Below are positions 29,563-43,397 of a DNA stretch of 64,000 nt, piece after piece. The stretch comes from Eledone cirrhosa (lineage: Eukaryota). Position numbers and translations under genes: made by a program. A model generated the notes under the pieces. It did not search any database. It saw only the letters and a program-made list of their open reading frames with translations, and was not told where the DNA came from. Position 1 is the first letter of the stretch, and every line of letters starts with the position of its first letter. Location of the stretch: positions 17,608,001 through 17,672,000 of the forward strand of contig OZ024765.1 of the NCBI GenBank assembly GCA_964016885.1, in the 5' to 3' direction.

Positions 29563-31120
29563 AACACCTTGGCCAAAATCTTTAACTCTGTGTTTAGCAG
29601 AGTTATGGGACTGAAGTTATCTATGTCATCCCCCTTGTTCTCTTCCTTCCTCACCAGCGTGACTACGCCCTTGGTCACAGAACTGGGAATTCTCCCGTTC
29701 TGTTGCCAGTTGCAGTAGACCGCCTCGAGGAGATCGGAGAACAAGTTCGGCATCGTTACATAAAGTTCGTATGGTAGACCATCGAGACCAGGAGATTTGC
29801 GTTTGCCGCATAAGCTCAGCACTTCCCCTATTTCAGCGGCTGAAATCGGCCTTTCCCAGGACTTCGCCTCCCTGTCCGAGAGCCGCGGCAGACCGTCGAG
29901 GTATGGACCGTAATCCATGGCCTCACCCGGCCCGCCGCCCCTCCCGAACAGTCGTGCAAAGCGCCGTTGAAAGGCCGCGCACATCCGCTCAGATTCAAGG
30001 ATCACGCGTCCATCCTGGTCCTTCAAAGACCGAATCGTGGACTTGTTTCCACTTTTTGCCTCTGTCACTCGGGCCCAGCTAACATCTTTGGCTCCCTCGT
30101 TACCCAGAGCACGTATTTTACTCCTGACAACACAGCCCCCGTGCTTCGCGTCAAAGAACTGGTTTAGGGCCGTTCTTGACGCGAGCACGCCGGCCACGTT
30201 TCCCCTGCTAATCGCCTCTTCTACTATCAATTCCCTTTCAGTTCTATTCCTATCTGATGCTAATTCCTAACTAAAACATATCGATTCTATTCTAATTTCT
30301 CTCTTGAGAGAGCCCCATCACCTGCTGTTGACATTTGCCCCCGTCAACCGTTGCTTAACTAGAGTGCTAATCCGCTTACTGTAAGCTTTGTTTGTCGGTA
30401 AAGACAAGTTTAGCTTCCAGTAACCGGGTCCTTGTCTATGGGTTCTATCAAGGTCGACCACTCCGGTCACCACTTGTGATCCGAATAATCAACCATGAAC
30501 ATTCGTGGACAGCTTAATATGTCCCTATCCTTATTTCTAACTAGGAACATATCTAGGTACGACTTAGATGTTCCGCTACGATTAGTCCACGTCCACAGTG
30601 GCACAGTCGGAACATCTAGTCGATATCTATCGGCCAGATCAAATCGGCCGATTAACCGTTTGAGGCTGTTATACCCCTCTATCGGGACATGTCCCTACAT
30701 AGTCCCAACGTGCATCCAGGATAACATTCCAGTCCCCCACTAAAAGCAAGGAGCGAGACGTTCCCAGAAAAGTCTCTAGCGTTGGAAGAAGTCCAGATGG
30801 GGCATACGCTGTCACCAGCCTAAAGGCTCCACCTTCACTACTGCCTACGTCTAGAACCACCAGTCGTCCCTCCGGGTCCAGGTGTAACTTCCGTGTTGCG
30901 AGGCCCAGGTGTTTTCGCAGCAGAACGACCACCCCTCCCCCACCCCCCGGCTGACAGAGAGATGCATAGATCTCAAAGTCGTCGAAGATGGGGGCCAGTT
31001 GGTGCTCGCTGCTGATCCTGGACTCGCAAATAGCTATCACATCCATTCTGTGCGACCTGAGGTCATTTAAGAGTTTGCCCTGCTTCCAGGACATCCCCAT
31101 GCCGCGCACATTGAAACATC
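29560..31120 (-). mobile_element. Decayed Tx1-clade LINE ORF2 fragment: APE endonuclease and start of RT
   Basis: FNVRG, DVIAICESR, GGVVVLL, EGRLVVLD, AYAP, GDWNVILD; [29 protein letters not shown]; stops and frameshifts. Confidence 0.9.
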
Positions 31121-31325
31121 ATAAATAAACATCATAAGTAAAAATAACGTAGGATAGAAAGAAGAATAGAGGGACAAATAGATGAATAAATGTAAATAAA
31201 AATAAAAATAGATATATAAAAAATATATGATCTTTTGTAAGTTCCAATGAGAGAGTCTTGTGTCTATGTTAGAAACCGACTCTCCCTCTATTGGGAAAAA
31301 AATTGTGAAATTATAAAACCAGAAG

Positions 31326-31359
<34 letters not shown>

Positions 31360-31786
31360 ATTTAATCTGTTATTTTAATAAATATTTGCTCTACGCTTCT
31401 TATATATTTGATATATATTTATCCTTATCGAGCCCTCTTTGGATTTTAGTCTTCAAATTTATTATTATATCAGTTTGACAATCGCCACCGACGAATGCGA
31501 GAAAGTTCTCCTGGAAAGTTAACCAGGAATCTTTAAAAATCTTCCCAGCGAAGTTAACAAAGAACTTATAGATCTACCAACTCATAATATTATATTATAA
31601 AATTAAATCAGATTGTTTAGAACTACAAAGGAAGTCATTCTTTTCCTTTTTTCAAATATACCTAACTGTACCAAGGATTTCACACATTTTCCAATATATA
31701 TATATATATATGCAAAATATAAAAAGAAACAACAAAGCAATCGACACAGTACGATGGAGGAATATATTGATTTAGTAGGAAAAGTG

Positions 31787-31822
31787 TCTTAACGTTTCGG
31801 ACACTTGTCCTTCGTTGGAAGA
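31787..31822 (-). ncRNA. Degenerate Penelope-type minimal hammerhead
   Basis: TCTT-CCAACGA-AGGAC-AAGT-GTCC-GAAAC-GTT-AAGA: stems I and II pair, palindromic AACGTT stem III, CUGA core mutated. Confidence 0.55.
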
Positions 31823-32108
31823 TAGAATGAGAAATAAAACATGAAATAGATAGATAGAGAACGAGAAGAGGAAAGAACGGGAAAATGTTTGTTTAAAAAA
31901 AACAAACACGTGTGTATTAATAGCTGTACATTTTACTGAGTGACTGTACTTCGTCTCAATACCATTCCTTTTGTGAATCTGCCAGTCTTTCTGAGAGGAT
32001 AATATATGTATTTTTAAATGTTCATATATAATTTTACACATTCCGTCATGAGTTATGTTACAAATATATGTTTAATTATGAACAAGTTAGATTACAATAT
32101 CTCTTCAG

Positions 32109-32141
32109 GTTTATGATTATTTTAAAAATAAAAATAGAAAA
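32109..32141 (+). CDS. Candidate 33-nt micro-exon (VYDYFKNKNRK)
   Basis: atctcttcag acceptor, AAA|gtatgt donor, phase 0-0, open frame. Confidence 0.25.
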
Positions 32142-32329
32142 GTATGTATGGCATTTTATTAGTAATATGGTCATGAAAGGGATATAATTAACGTGTAAGT
32201 GACTCAGCTTTGTACAGACTCATGCACCTTTAACGTAGTTCTGAGGGGGATTCAGTGTGTTTCAATTACATGTACATAGATAAACATATGCTTTGCATTT
32301 TATTAGTAATATAGTCATGAGACTAATAT

Positions 32330-32900
32330 GGTCAGATGAGGCTTCTGTTTGCTACTTGTAACATGTATGCTAGTACAACCTGCTTCATAGTTGAGTGGTT
32401 GGCAGCTAAACCGTCTCTCCCACCAGACCCTGATGGGGTGAGAAGGGAAAGTGGAACCCAGCAGCATAAATGACACGAGCTTTTAAAGTCAACGGTCAAG
32501 TATGTACTTAATAGCCTCACCAGCCGGCAATTGTCCAAGAATGGTGAATAAAGCTACACCTCTGAAGACAACCAAAACGAAACAAAAAGCGGTGAAGGCA
32601 GAGGCGTAACTGGGGTATGGATAGCATGGCACGTGACATGGGCGTCACTTGAAGAGGGCGCCACTTGGACTAGAAGCACTTTTTTATTACAGTCAGATAA
32701 GGTTATCGTCAGAGAATGAAAAGGGAAACATCTTCAGATGTTTGATCTGTTTGATTATCATGGGTGAGAAGGACCTGGTTGGTGGATCATGACATTGCTG
32801 GACAGGGGGCGGATTTTCCACTGCTTACCATAGGCGATATTGTCTGTAGTTACACCTCTGGGTGAAGGTCAACCAGGGGGAGGTAACTCCAACGGGAGTC
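32330..32900 (+). mobile_element. Divergent RTE-like 5'UTR fragment interrupted by a hAT MITE
   Basis: GCTACTTGTAACATGTATGCTAGTACAACCTG...GTTGGCAGCTAAAC is homologous to the 5' end of the 600-bp element. Confidence 0.6.
32599..32860. mobile_element. 262-bp hAT-type MITE
   Basis: TIRs CAGAGGCGTAACT / AGTTACACCTCTG (12 of 13 match) with a perfect 8-bp TSD GGTGAAGG at 32591-32598 and 32861-32868. Confidence 0.9.
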
Positions 32901-32977
32901 AGAAAGCCCTTGACTGGATCGGGTTGGATTGGATAGTCATGAAAGGGTTAGAAATGTTATTATGTATAGAAGGACTA

Positions 32978-33402
32978 GGGCGGTTGATTGGCAGTAACGT
33001 TAGAACGTCGGACATGCTTTGTAGCATAGAGTTACGACCCTTTATGATCTGAGTTCAAATTCCGCCGAGGTTTACTTTGCCTTTCATCCTTACAGGGTCA
33101 ATAAAATAAAGTACCAGTAATATACTGAGACAATTGCTGGCCTTGTGCCAAAAGTAGAAATAATAATAATTACTACTACTACTACTACTATTTATGTTTC
33201 TCTATATAGGCGGTGGATTGGCAGTATCGGTAGAGGGTCGGACGCCATGCTTTCACGCACAGAGTTACGGCCCTTGCCATTCTGAGTTCAAATCCCGCTG
33301 AGGGTAACTTTGCCTTTCATCCTTACGGGGGTTGATAAAATAAAGTACCAGTAATACACTGGGGTAATTGCTGGCCTTGTGCCAAATGTAGAAACAATTA
33401 TT
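32978..33402 (+). mobile_element. Two head-to-tail family A SINEs (32978-33170 and 33208-33402)
   Basis: Both have A and B boxes and the family A body. Confidence 0.85.
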
Positions 33403-33899
33403 TATAGTAAGGCTAGATATAGCGCTCGGGATCGTGTACAGGGCTGGAATTAGACCTTGTTGGGCCTGTGGCTGTTCAGGTTTGGGGTCTCCTCATACAC
33501 AGCAAACCCACAATTTTACATATCAAAGATAGCTTGGTTCAGGTAATTGTAATTGAAGAGTTATACCTACAGGTATTGAATTTTAAAAAATTCTAACCAT
33601 CCTAAAACAAAGGAAAAAAAAAACAGCTGAGGGCACAAATAAATAGCTAAGACGGTCACTTGTGTAACCCCCCACACTCTCACCGCAAGGAGCTCCGGGG
33701 TGTTTATTTCCTGTAATGTTACCCGGCCACATTGTTAGAGCCTGGAGAGGAGAATGCCCTAAATTGCACCAACCCCCTCTCCATCATACCCAGCCCTGCT
33801 GCTGTAGAGGACATAACCCCACTGTTCTTAGATTTGTACTACTTAATCCACCGAAGTGGTATATAATTAAATTATCTGAAAGACAACTACAAAACCGTG

Positions 33900-35808
33900 C
33901 ATTTCCTGTTATGTTACCCCTATCCCTACCAACTGACCTGGTTCTATTTCCTCTAGTGTCGCCCCTGTCTCTGCCCACTGAACTGGTTCTATTTCTTGTA
34001 GTGTTACCCCTGTCCCTACCCACTGAGCTCATTCTATTTCCTATAAGTTACCCCTGTCAATACCCACCGAGTTGGATCTATTTCCTCTAGTGTTACCCCA
34101 GTCTCTACCCACTAAGCTGGTTCTATTTCCTCTAGTGTTACTCCTGTCTCTACCCACTAAGCTCGTTTTATTTCCTCTCATGTTACCCCTGTCCCTGCCC
34201 ACTGAGCTGGTTTTATTATCCTCTAATGTTACCCCAGTCACTACCCACTGAGCTGGTTCTATTTCCTCTAGTTTACCCCAGTCCCTACCCACTAAGCTGG
34301 GTCTATTTCCTGCAAGATATCCCTGTCCTTACCAACTGAGCTGATACTATTTCCTCTAGTATTACCCCTGTCCCTACCAACTGAGCTGGTACTATTTCCT
34401 CTAGTATTACCCCTATCCCTACCCACTGAGCTGGTTCTATTTCCTCTACTGTTACCCCCGTCCTACCTACTGAGCTGGTTCTATTTCCTATAGTGTTACC
34501 CCTGTCTCTACCCACTGAGCTGGTTCTAATTCCTGCAATTTACCCCTATCCCTACCCACAGAGCTAGTTCTAATTCCTGCAAGTTACCCCTGTCCCTACC
34601 CACAGAGCTAGTACTATTTCCTGCAATTTACCCCTGTCCCTACCCACAGAGCTAGTACTATTTCCTGCAATTTACCCCTGTCCCTATCCACAGAGCTAGT
34701 TCTATTTCCTGCAATTTACTTCTGTCCCTACCCACAGAGCTAGTTCTATTTCCTGCAATTTACCCCTGTCTCTACCCACAGAGCTAGTTCTATTTCCTGC
34801 AATTTACCCCTGTCCCTACCCACAGAGCTAGTTCTATTTCCTGCAATTTACCTCTATCCCTACCCACAGAGCTAGTTCTATTTCCTGCAATTTACCTATG
34901 TCCCTACCCACAGAGCTAGTTCTATTTCCTGCAATTTACCCCTGTCCCTACCCACAGAGCTAGTTCTATTTCCTGCAATTTACACCTGTCCCTACCCACA
35001 GAGCTAGTTCTATTTCCTGCAATTTACCTCTGTCTCTACCAACATAGCTAGTTCTATTTCCTGCAATTTACCTCTGTCCCTACCCACAGAGCTAGTTCTA
35101 TTTCCTGCAATTTACCCCTGTCCCTACCCACAGAGCTAGTTCTATTTCCTGCAATTTACCTCTGTCCCTACCCACAGAGCTAGTTCTATTTCCTGCAATT
35201 TACCCCTGTCCCTATCCACAGAGCTAGTTCTATTTCCTGCAATTTACACCTGTCCCTACCCACAGAGCTAGTTCTATTTCCTGTAATTTACCCCTGTCCC
35301 TACCCACAGAGCTAGTTCTATTTCCTGCAATTTACCCCTGTCCCTACCCACAGAGCTAGTTCTATTTCCTGCAATTTACACCTGTCCCTACCCACAGAGC
35401 TAGTTCTATTTCCTGCAATTTACCTCTGTCTCTACCCACATAGCTAGTTCTATTTCCTGCAATTTACCCCTGTCCCTACCCACAGAGCTAGTTCTATTTC
35501 CTGCAATTTACCCCTGTCCCAACCCACAGAGCGAGTTCTATTTCCTGCAATTTACCCCTGTCCCTACCCACAGAGCTAGCTCTATTTCCTGCAATTTAAC
35601 CTGTTCCTACCCACAGAGCTAGTTCTATTTCCTGCAATTTACCCCTGTCCCTATCCACAGAGCTAGTTCTATTTCCTAGAATTTACCTCTATCCCTACCC
35701 ACAGAGCTAGTTCTATTTCCTGCAATTTACCCCTATCCCTACCCACAGAGCTAGTTCTATTTCCTGCAATTTACCCTGTCCCTACCCACAGAGCTAGTTC
35801 TATTTCCT
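33900..35808. repeat. 44/45-bp minisatellite, ~43 units
   Basis: GAGCTAGTTCTATTTCCTGCAATTTACCCCTGTCCCTACCCACA; period 44 (34561 to 34605); diverged 45-bp units on the left. Confidence 0.95.
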
Positions 35809-35959
35809 AAGCAATCCAAGACTAGTAAGTATGTTATTAAAGCCAAGATTTAGTAGACTTTAGTAAGCAGGATTATGAATTAACTGAAGTGGCTGTATCT
35901 TATTTCAAATTCGCAGAAAAACTCATGTGGAATTCGTGTATTTTAATAATGTTATTGGT

Positions 35960-36445
35960 CTTGTTGTTGGTGTAGTGGTGGTGTGGTGGTGTAGTGGTGG
36001 AGTGGTGGTGATGTGATGGTGGTGGTGGTGTGTGTGGTGGTGGTAGTGTAGTGGTGGTGTGGTGGTGTAGTAGTGGTGGTGGTGGTGTGGTGGTGGTGCT
36101 GATGGTAGTGGTGGCTGTGTGGTAGCGGTGGGGGGTTTAGTGGTGGTGGTGGGGGATTTAGTGGTGGTGGTGTGGTGGTGGTGTGGTGGTGGTGTAGTGG
36201 TGTAATGGTGGTGTGGTGGTGGTGGTGCTGGTGGTAGTGGTGGTGGTGTGGTGGTGGTGCTGGTGGTAGTGGTGGTTGTGTGGTGGCGGTGTGGTGGTGT
36301 AGTGTTGGTGTAGTGGTGGTGTGGGTTTTAGTGGTGTTGGTTTGGTGGTCGTGTGGTAGTGGTGGTGTGGTGGTGGTGGTGTAGTGGTGGTGGTGGTTGT
36401 GTGGTGGTGGTGGTGTAGTGGTGTACTGTTGGTGGTGGTGGTGAG
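35960..36445. repeat. (GGT)n-rich low-complexity tract
   Basis: Seen directly. Confidence 0.9.
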
Positions 36446-36559
36446 GATGTGTGTATATATAGATATATATTTATATAAGTTATTCCGTGTTGAATCGGAG
36501 GTAACCACAGTAAGATACTCAATACATAGCAGAGTATACAAGTTTTAATATAGTAGAGC

Positions 36560-37105
36560 TACTACAGGACTAGAACTGTTTCATTCGTGAGAAATCATCA
36601 GGGCCTGTTTTTATTGGCACCATGTCCCTCCCAAAGTATAAAAATATCTGAATGTATGTATAGTATATTTGGCAATATACTGTATGTTTAATTAAAAATA
36701 TTTAGAACACAATTCGTTATGAGTTTTAAAGTAGTGACTATGTCACTTACTTATTTTCGGCAAACGTAGGGAGAGAGAATGACAGTCCTGTTTCTCGCTT
36801 GTGAGCGTTTATCAAGACCACACACTCCGCTGCCTGTGCCGAGAATTGTAGCAGCCGGATTCTTATAGAATTCCAGTAATAACCGGGAGCTGATTAAACA
36901 GAGCGATTGCTGCTCCAGTAAAAATTAGGTATTAGGATTGGTGCTCTGAAATAGCGATGTATACATGAATGTATAAGTAACATAGTTACTACTTTAAAAC
37001 TCATAACGAATGGTCTTCTAAATGTTTTTAATTAAACATACAGTATATTGCCAAATATTCTATACATACATTCATGTATACATCGCTATTTCAGTGCACC
37101 AATAC
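36560..37105. mobile_element. Nested inverted repeats with two degenerate hammerhead motifs (probable Penelope LTR remnants)
   Basis: Arms ~36649-36750 vs ~36973-37075 and ~36937-36975 vs ~37065-37103; minus strand CTGATGA-TTTCTCACGAAT-GAAAC and TTGATAA-ACGCTCACAAGCGA-GAAACAGGACTGTC. Confidence 0.6.
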
Positions 37106-37179
37106 AAGTACATAACAATATCTGTTCCAACACACGTTTTCAGATGAGAAATCTTGCAAAACAAGTTTTAAAAAACGAA

Positions 37180-37232
<53 letters not shown>

Positions 37233-37273
37233 CGAAACATAAGTCAATTGCATGAACTCATAATCCTTTATTT

Positions 37274-37329
37274 ACTGCTATATATATTTCGATGATAGCC
37301 ATTCAATGGTTATGACCTCATCAGGCAGT
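37274..37329 (-). ncRNA. Type I hammerhead ribozyme with intact core
   Basis: ACTGC-CTGATGA-GGTCATAACCATTGAATGGCTATCATC-GAAA-TATATA-TA-GCAGT: perfect 5-bp stem I, long stem II, palindromic stem III, AUA cleavage triplet. Confidence 0.8.
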
Positions 37330-37617
37330 TAGTCAGTTCTTAGATATGCCAGCTCTGTGTTTATAGTGTGTAGGGTATCAGAGCCTTATATATATATATT
37401 CATTTTTATAGTTCTGGTATCTTAAATTAGTATCATTGAACCACAACAATTATAGACACCATGTATATTTCCGTGGGTACTTAGTACCTGCTGAAATAGC
37501 TATATCATTTTAAATGTATTCTCCTTATATATAGAGAACAAAATGTTGTACCGTGCTGCTATTTTTTTAGCGGCATGAAGTATCAACGAGTCTATATTAT
37601 CCCGCTTTTATTTACAG

Positions 37618-37680
37618 CCTGATTTCATGTATTGGGCAGAAGGCGATATATTTACTTACTATGAGGCTTTATGTCCTATG
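37618..37680 (+). CDS. Candidate 63-nt exon (PDFMYWAEGDIFTYYEALCPM), gene unknown
   Basis: Strong acceptor cttttatttacag, ATG|gtacgg donor, phase 0-0, open frame, protein-like composition. Confidence 0.4.
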
Positions 37681-37844
37681 GTACGGAGATAGCTGTCTAA
37701 GGACCTAATTATTTCCATTGGAAATTCTCTGAATTTCCCATCTTTTGATTAGTGAAACCGTCGGTAACAGCAATAGAACAGGTGAATATTTGAATAGTAT
37801 TTTAATTTATTTAAAAGATTGTTTAACGTTTACATGTTCCACTC

Positions 37845-37897
<53 letters not shown>

Positions 37898-38071
37898 TAT
37901 TCAAGTTTGCTTGAAGGATTGTGGAATAATAAGGTAAATTTCTTTAAGGAGATGAATACTGCATGATTATGGCTGACAACTGATGCAACCAAGACACCAT
38001 ATTGAAAGCCAATATATAGAACATTATATTATGTAACATTCTCTCATTATTTTAATTTATATTCCTTTGAA

Positions 38072-38191
38072 GTTCCGATGAGCCGCTCTGTCTTTTAAAT
38101 ATGTTAATTATTTTCAACTGAACCAGATCAATTATGATATATAGTCATATGATCCAGAAATATTATATGGAGTAGCGAAACAATTGTAAAC
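38072..38191 (+). ncRNA. Degenerate hammerhead with an extended stem II
   Basis: GTT-CCGATGA-GCCGCTC...GAGTAGC-GAAA-CAATTG-TA-AAC. Confidence 0.45.
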
Positions 38192-38310
38192 GGACATTAT
38201 TATTATTAATATTATTATTCTCTACATTCCTTACATCAAACTAAAATATGTTGACAATCTTTTAATAATGTCTTCCTTGTGAAATTTGTGGTCTTGTTTT
38301 GCTTAACTAA

Positions 38311-38312
<2 letters not shown>

Positions 38313-38376
<64 letters not shown>

Positions 38377-38745
38377 CATATATATACATATATATATATA
38401 CATATATATACATATATATACATATATATACATATATATACATATACATATATACATATACATATATACATATATATACATATACATATATATACATATA
38501 CATATATACATATATATACATATACATATATACATATATATACATATACATATATACATATATATACATATACATATATACATATACATACATATACATA
38601 TATACATATATATACATATACATATATACATATATATACATATACATATATACATATACATATATATATATATATACATATATAGATATATACATATATA
38701 TATATACACATATATATATACACATATATATATATACATATACAC

Positions 38746-38808
<63 letters not shown>

Positions 38809-38817
38809 CATATATAC

Positions 38818-38864
<47 letters not shown>

Positions 38865-39051
38865 CATATATATATACATATATATATATATACATATATA
38901 TATACATATATATATACATATATATATATACACATATATATATATATACACATATATATATATACACATATATATATATACACATATATATATAGACATA
39001 TATATATATATATATATACATATATATATACACATATATATATATATACAC

Positions 39052-39082
<31 letters not shown>

Positions 39083-39090
39083 CATATATA
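38313..39090. repeat. (TA/CATA)n field
   Basis: Seen directly. Confidence 0.95.
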
Positions 39091-41158
39091 TTAAGAGAAC
39101 GAACAAAAAAATCAACAAGCTGAAATACTGTCAGCAGCAACACATCAACTTGACTGCCATTTCATCACTAGAGATTAAAAAACATAACCTCCAAAACAAC
39201 ATAATGTCCCTCATCAACAATCAGAGAAGAGCTGAAGAGGCCTGGGCCATTGAGAACATCAAACTCAATCCCAAAGTGTTCTTTTCATTTGCAAAAAAAC
39301 AGAAAATCACTGGCTCTACTGTTGGCCCTCTAATTGATGAAAATGGCACTCTTCAAGACAATGCTAAAACCATGGTTGAGATACTGCAGAAACAATACTG
39401 CTCTGTTTTCAGCAATCCTGATATGGCCGATCTGGGCTGTATCGGCGATGTTACTCCCCATTACACCTTATCGGACATAACGTTTGGCGCCCCTGATGTC
39501 TTGGCGGCAATAAAGGAAATCAAGCATAATTCAGCAGTAGGTCCCGATAGGTTCCCTGCTTGTGTCATGAAGGCGTGTCAACACCAACTTGCTTCTCCTC
39601 TTGCCAATCTGTGGCGGAACTCACTGGATGCTGGATATGTGCCAGAAAACCTTCTATCCCAGTCTGTTGTCCCAGTTTTCAAAAAGGGAAACAAATCCCT
39701 TGCCGTGAATTACCGTCCAATCTCACTCACCTCTCATATCATTAAGGTATTTGAGCGAGTGGTGAGATCGCGAATGACCCACTTCCTTGAGAGTAACAAT
39801 ATGCTGAACTCCAACCAGCATGGATTCCGTAATGGAAGGGATTGCCTGACGCAACTACTGCATCACTTTGATGACATTTTGAGAGCCTTGGGAGAGGGTT
39901 CCAACACTGATGTTATCTACCTTGATTTCAGCAAGGCCTTTGACAGGGTTGATCATAACATTCTACTGAGAAAGCTGTCCAATATTGGTGTCACTGGAAA
40001 GCTGCTGCAGTGGATCAAGAGCTTCCTGTCAAACAGAACCCAACATGTTGTAGTTGAGGGAGTCAAATCAAGCCCAGCCAAAGTCAGTAGTGGAGTCCCA
40101 CAAGGCACTGTGTTGGACCCACTTCTCTTCATCATCTATATTAATGACATCACTGACATCATCAAACACAGCAACATTAAAATTTTCGCTGATGATTCCA
40201 AGCTCCAAAAGGTCATCAATGGCGTGGATGACCGGATAAGCCTTCAGTCAGACCTACTGGCTGTTACCCAATGGGCGGAAAAGAACAACACGTTACTGAA
40301 CGAAGACAAATTCGAACTGATCCACTTTGGAAAAGAGGATGCTCTGAAACTCCCGTACTCCCTTCCCTCCGGGGAAACTCTCGTGGCATCTAACAACATC
40401 AGAGACTTGGGAGTAACCGTGGACAGCAACATAAGCTGGACCACGCATATAAGCAGCAAAGTTGACATGGCCCGCAGAATGTGTTCCTGGATCCTCAGAA
40501 CCTTCCAGTCGAGAGATTCCCGCACCATTATCCATCTCTTCTCTACTTTCGCCCGACCACACCTTGAATACTGTTGTCCACTGTGGTCTCCCCACACGAA
40601 ACAAAGTATCATGAAACTTGAAGCTCCTCAAAGGGCAATCACGAAAAAGATAGATGGCATGTCAGACCTTGACTACTGGGGTCGATTGGAAAACCTGAAA
40701 CTTTACTCACTCCAACGTCGCCGTGAGCGTTATATTATCTGCATGATGTGGAAAATGTTCCATCATCACTGCCCAAATGATGTTGGCATCGCCTTCAAGA
40801 TACACCCAAGGCTTGGGCCCCGTGCTATCCGTCCCATTCAAAAATCTAAATCGCAACTCATAACAACAATACGGCACAATTATTTCACCTCAATCGGCCC
40901 TGCTCTCTTCAACATCACACCAGGACACGTCAAAACAGAAACTGACCACACAAAATTCAAGAAGTCTTTGGACAAATTCCTCCAAGTAATCCCGGACAAA
41001 CCACCCACACCCGGATATGTCTCGGCAAACAGTAATTCTCTTCTCGAATGGGCCATGGTGCCCAAATCCTGAATTGAAAGACTTCGCCAGGTGGTGCTAT
41101 TAAGTTAGACATGGCCTGGGCCAATACTGGCCAAAACATTTCAAAGTTATTCAAAGTT
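39091..41158 (+). mobile_element. 5'-truncated CR1-clade LINE with an uninterrupted ~660-codon RT frame
   Basis: [56 protein letters not shown]; stop at 41072; short 3'UTR with repeated TTCAAAGTTA; no endonuclease domain. Confidence 0.95.

Positions 41159-43397
<2,239 letters not shown>

Noticed and set aside
31963-31990. KDWQIHKR as a MYND zinc-finger exon
   Set aside because: The final Cys is missing in frame, the donor is weak, and no partner exon was found.
38310-41072. 920-aa ORF as a real fusion protein
   Set aside because: The first ~260 residues are microsatellite; only the CR1 RT part is meaningful.
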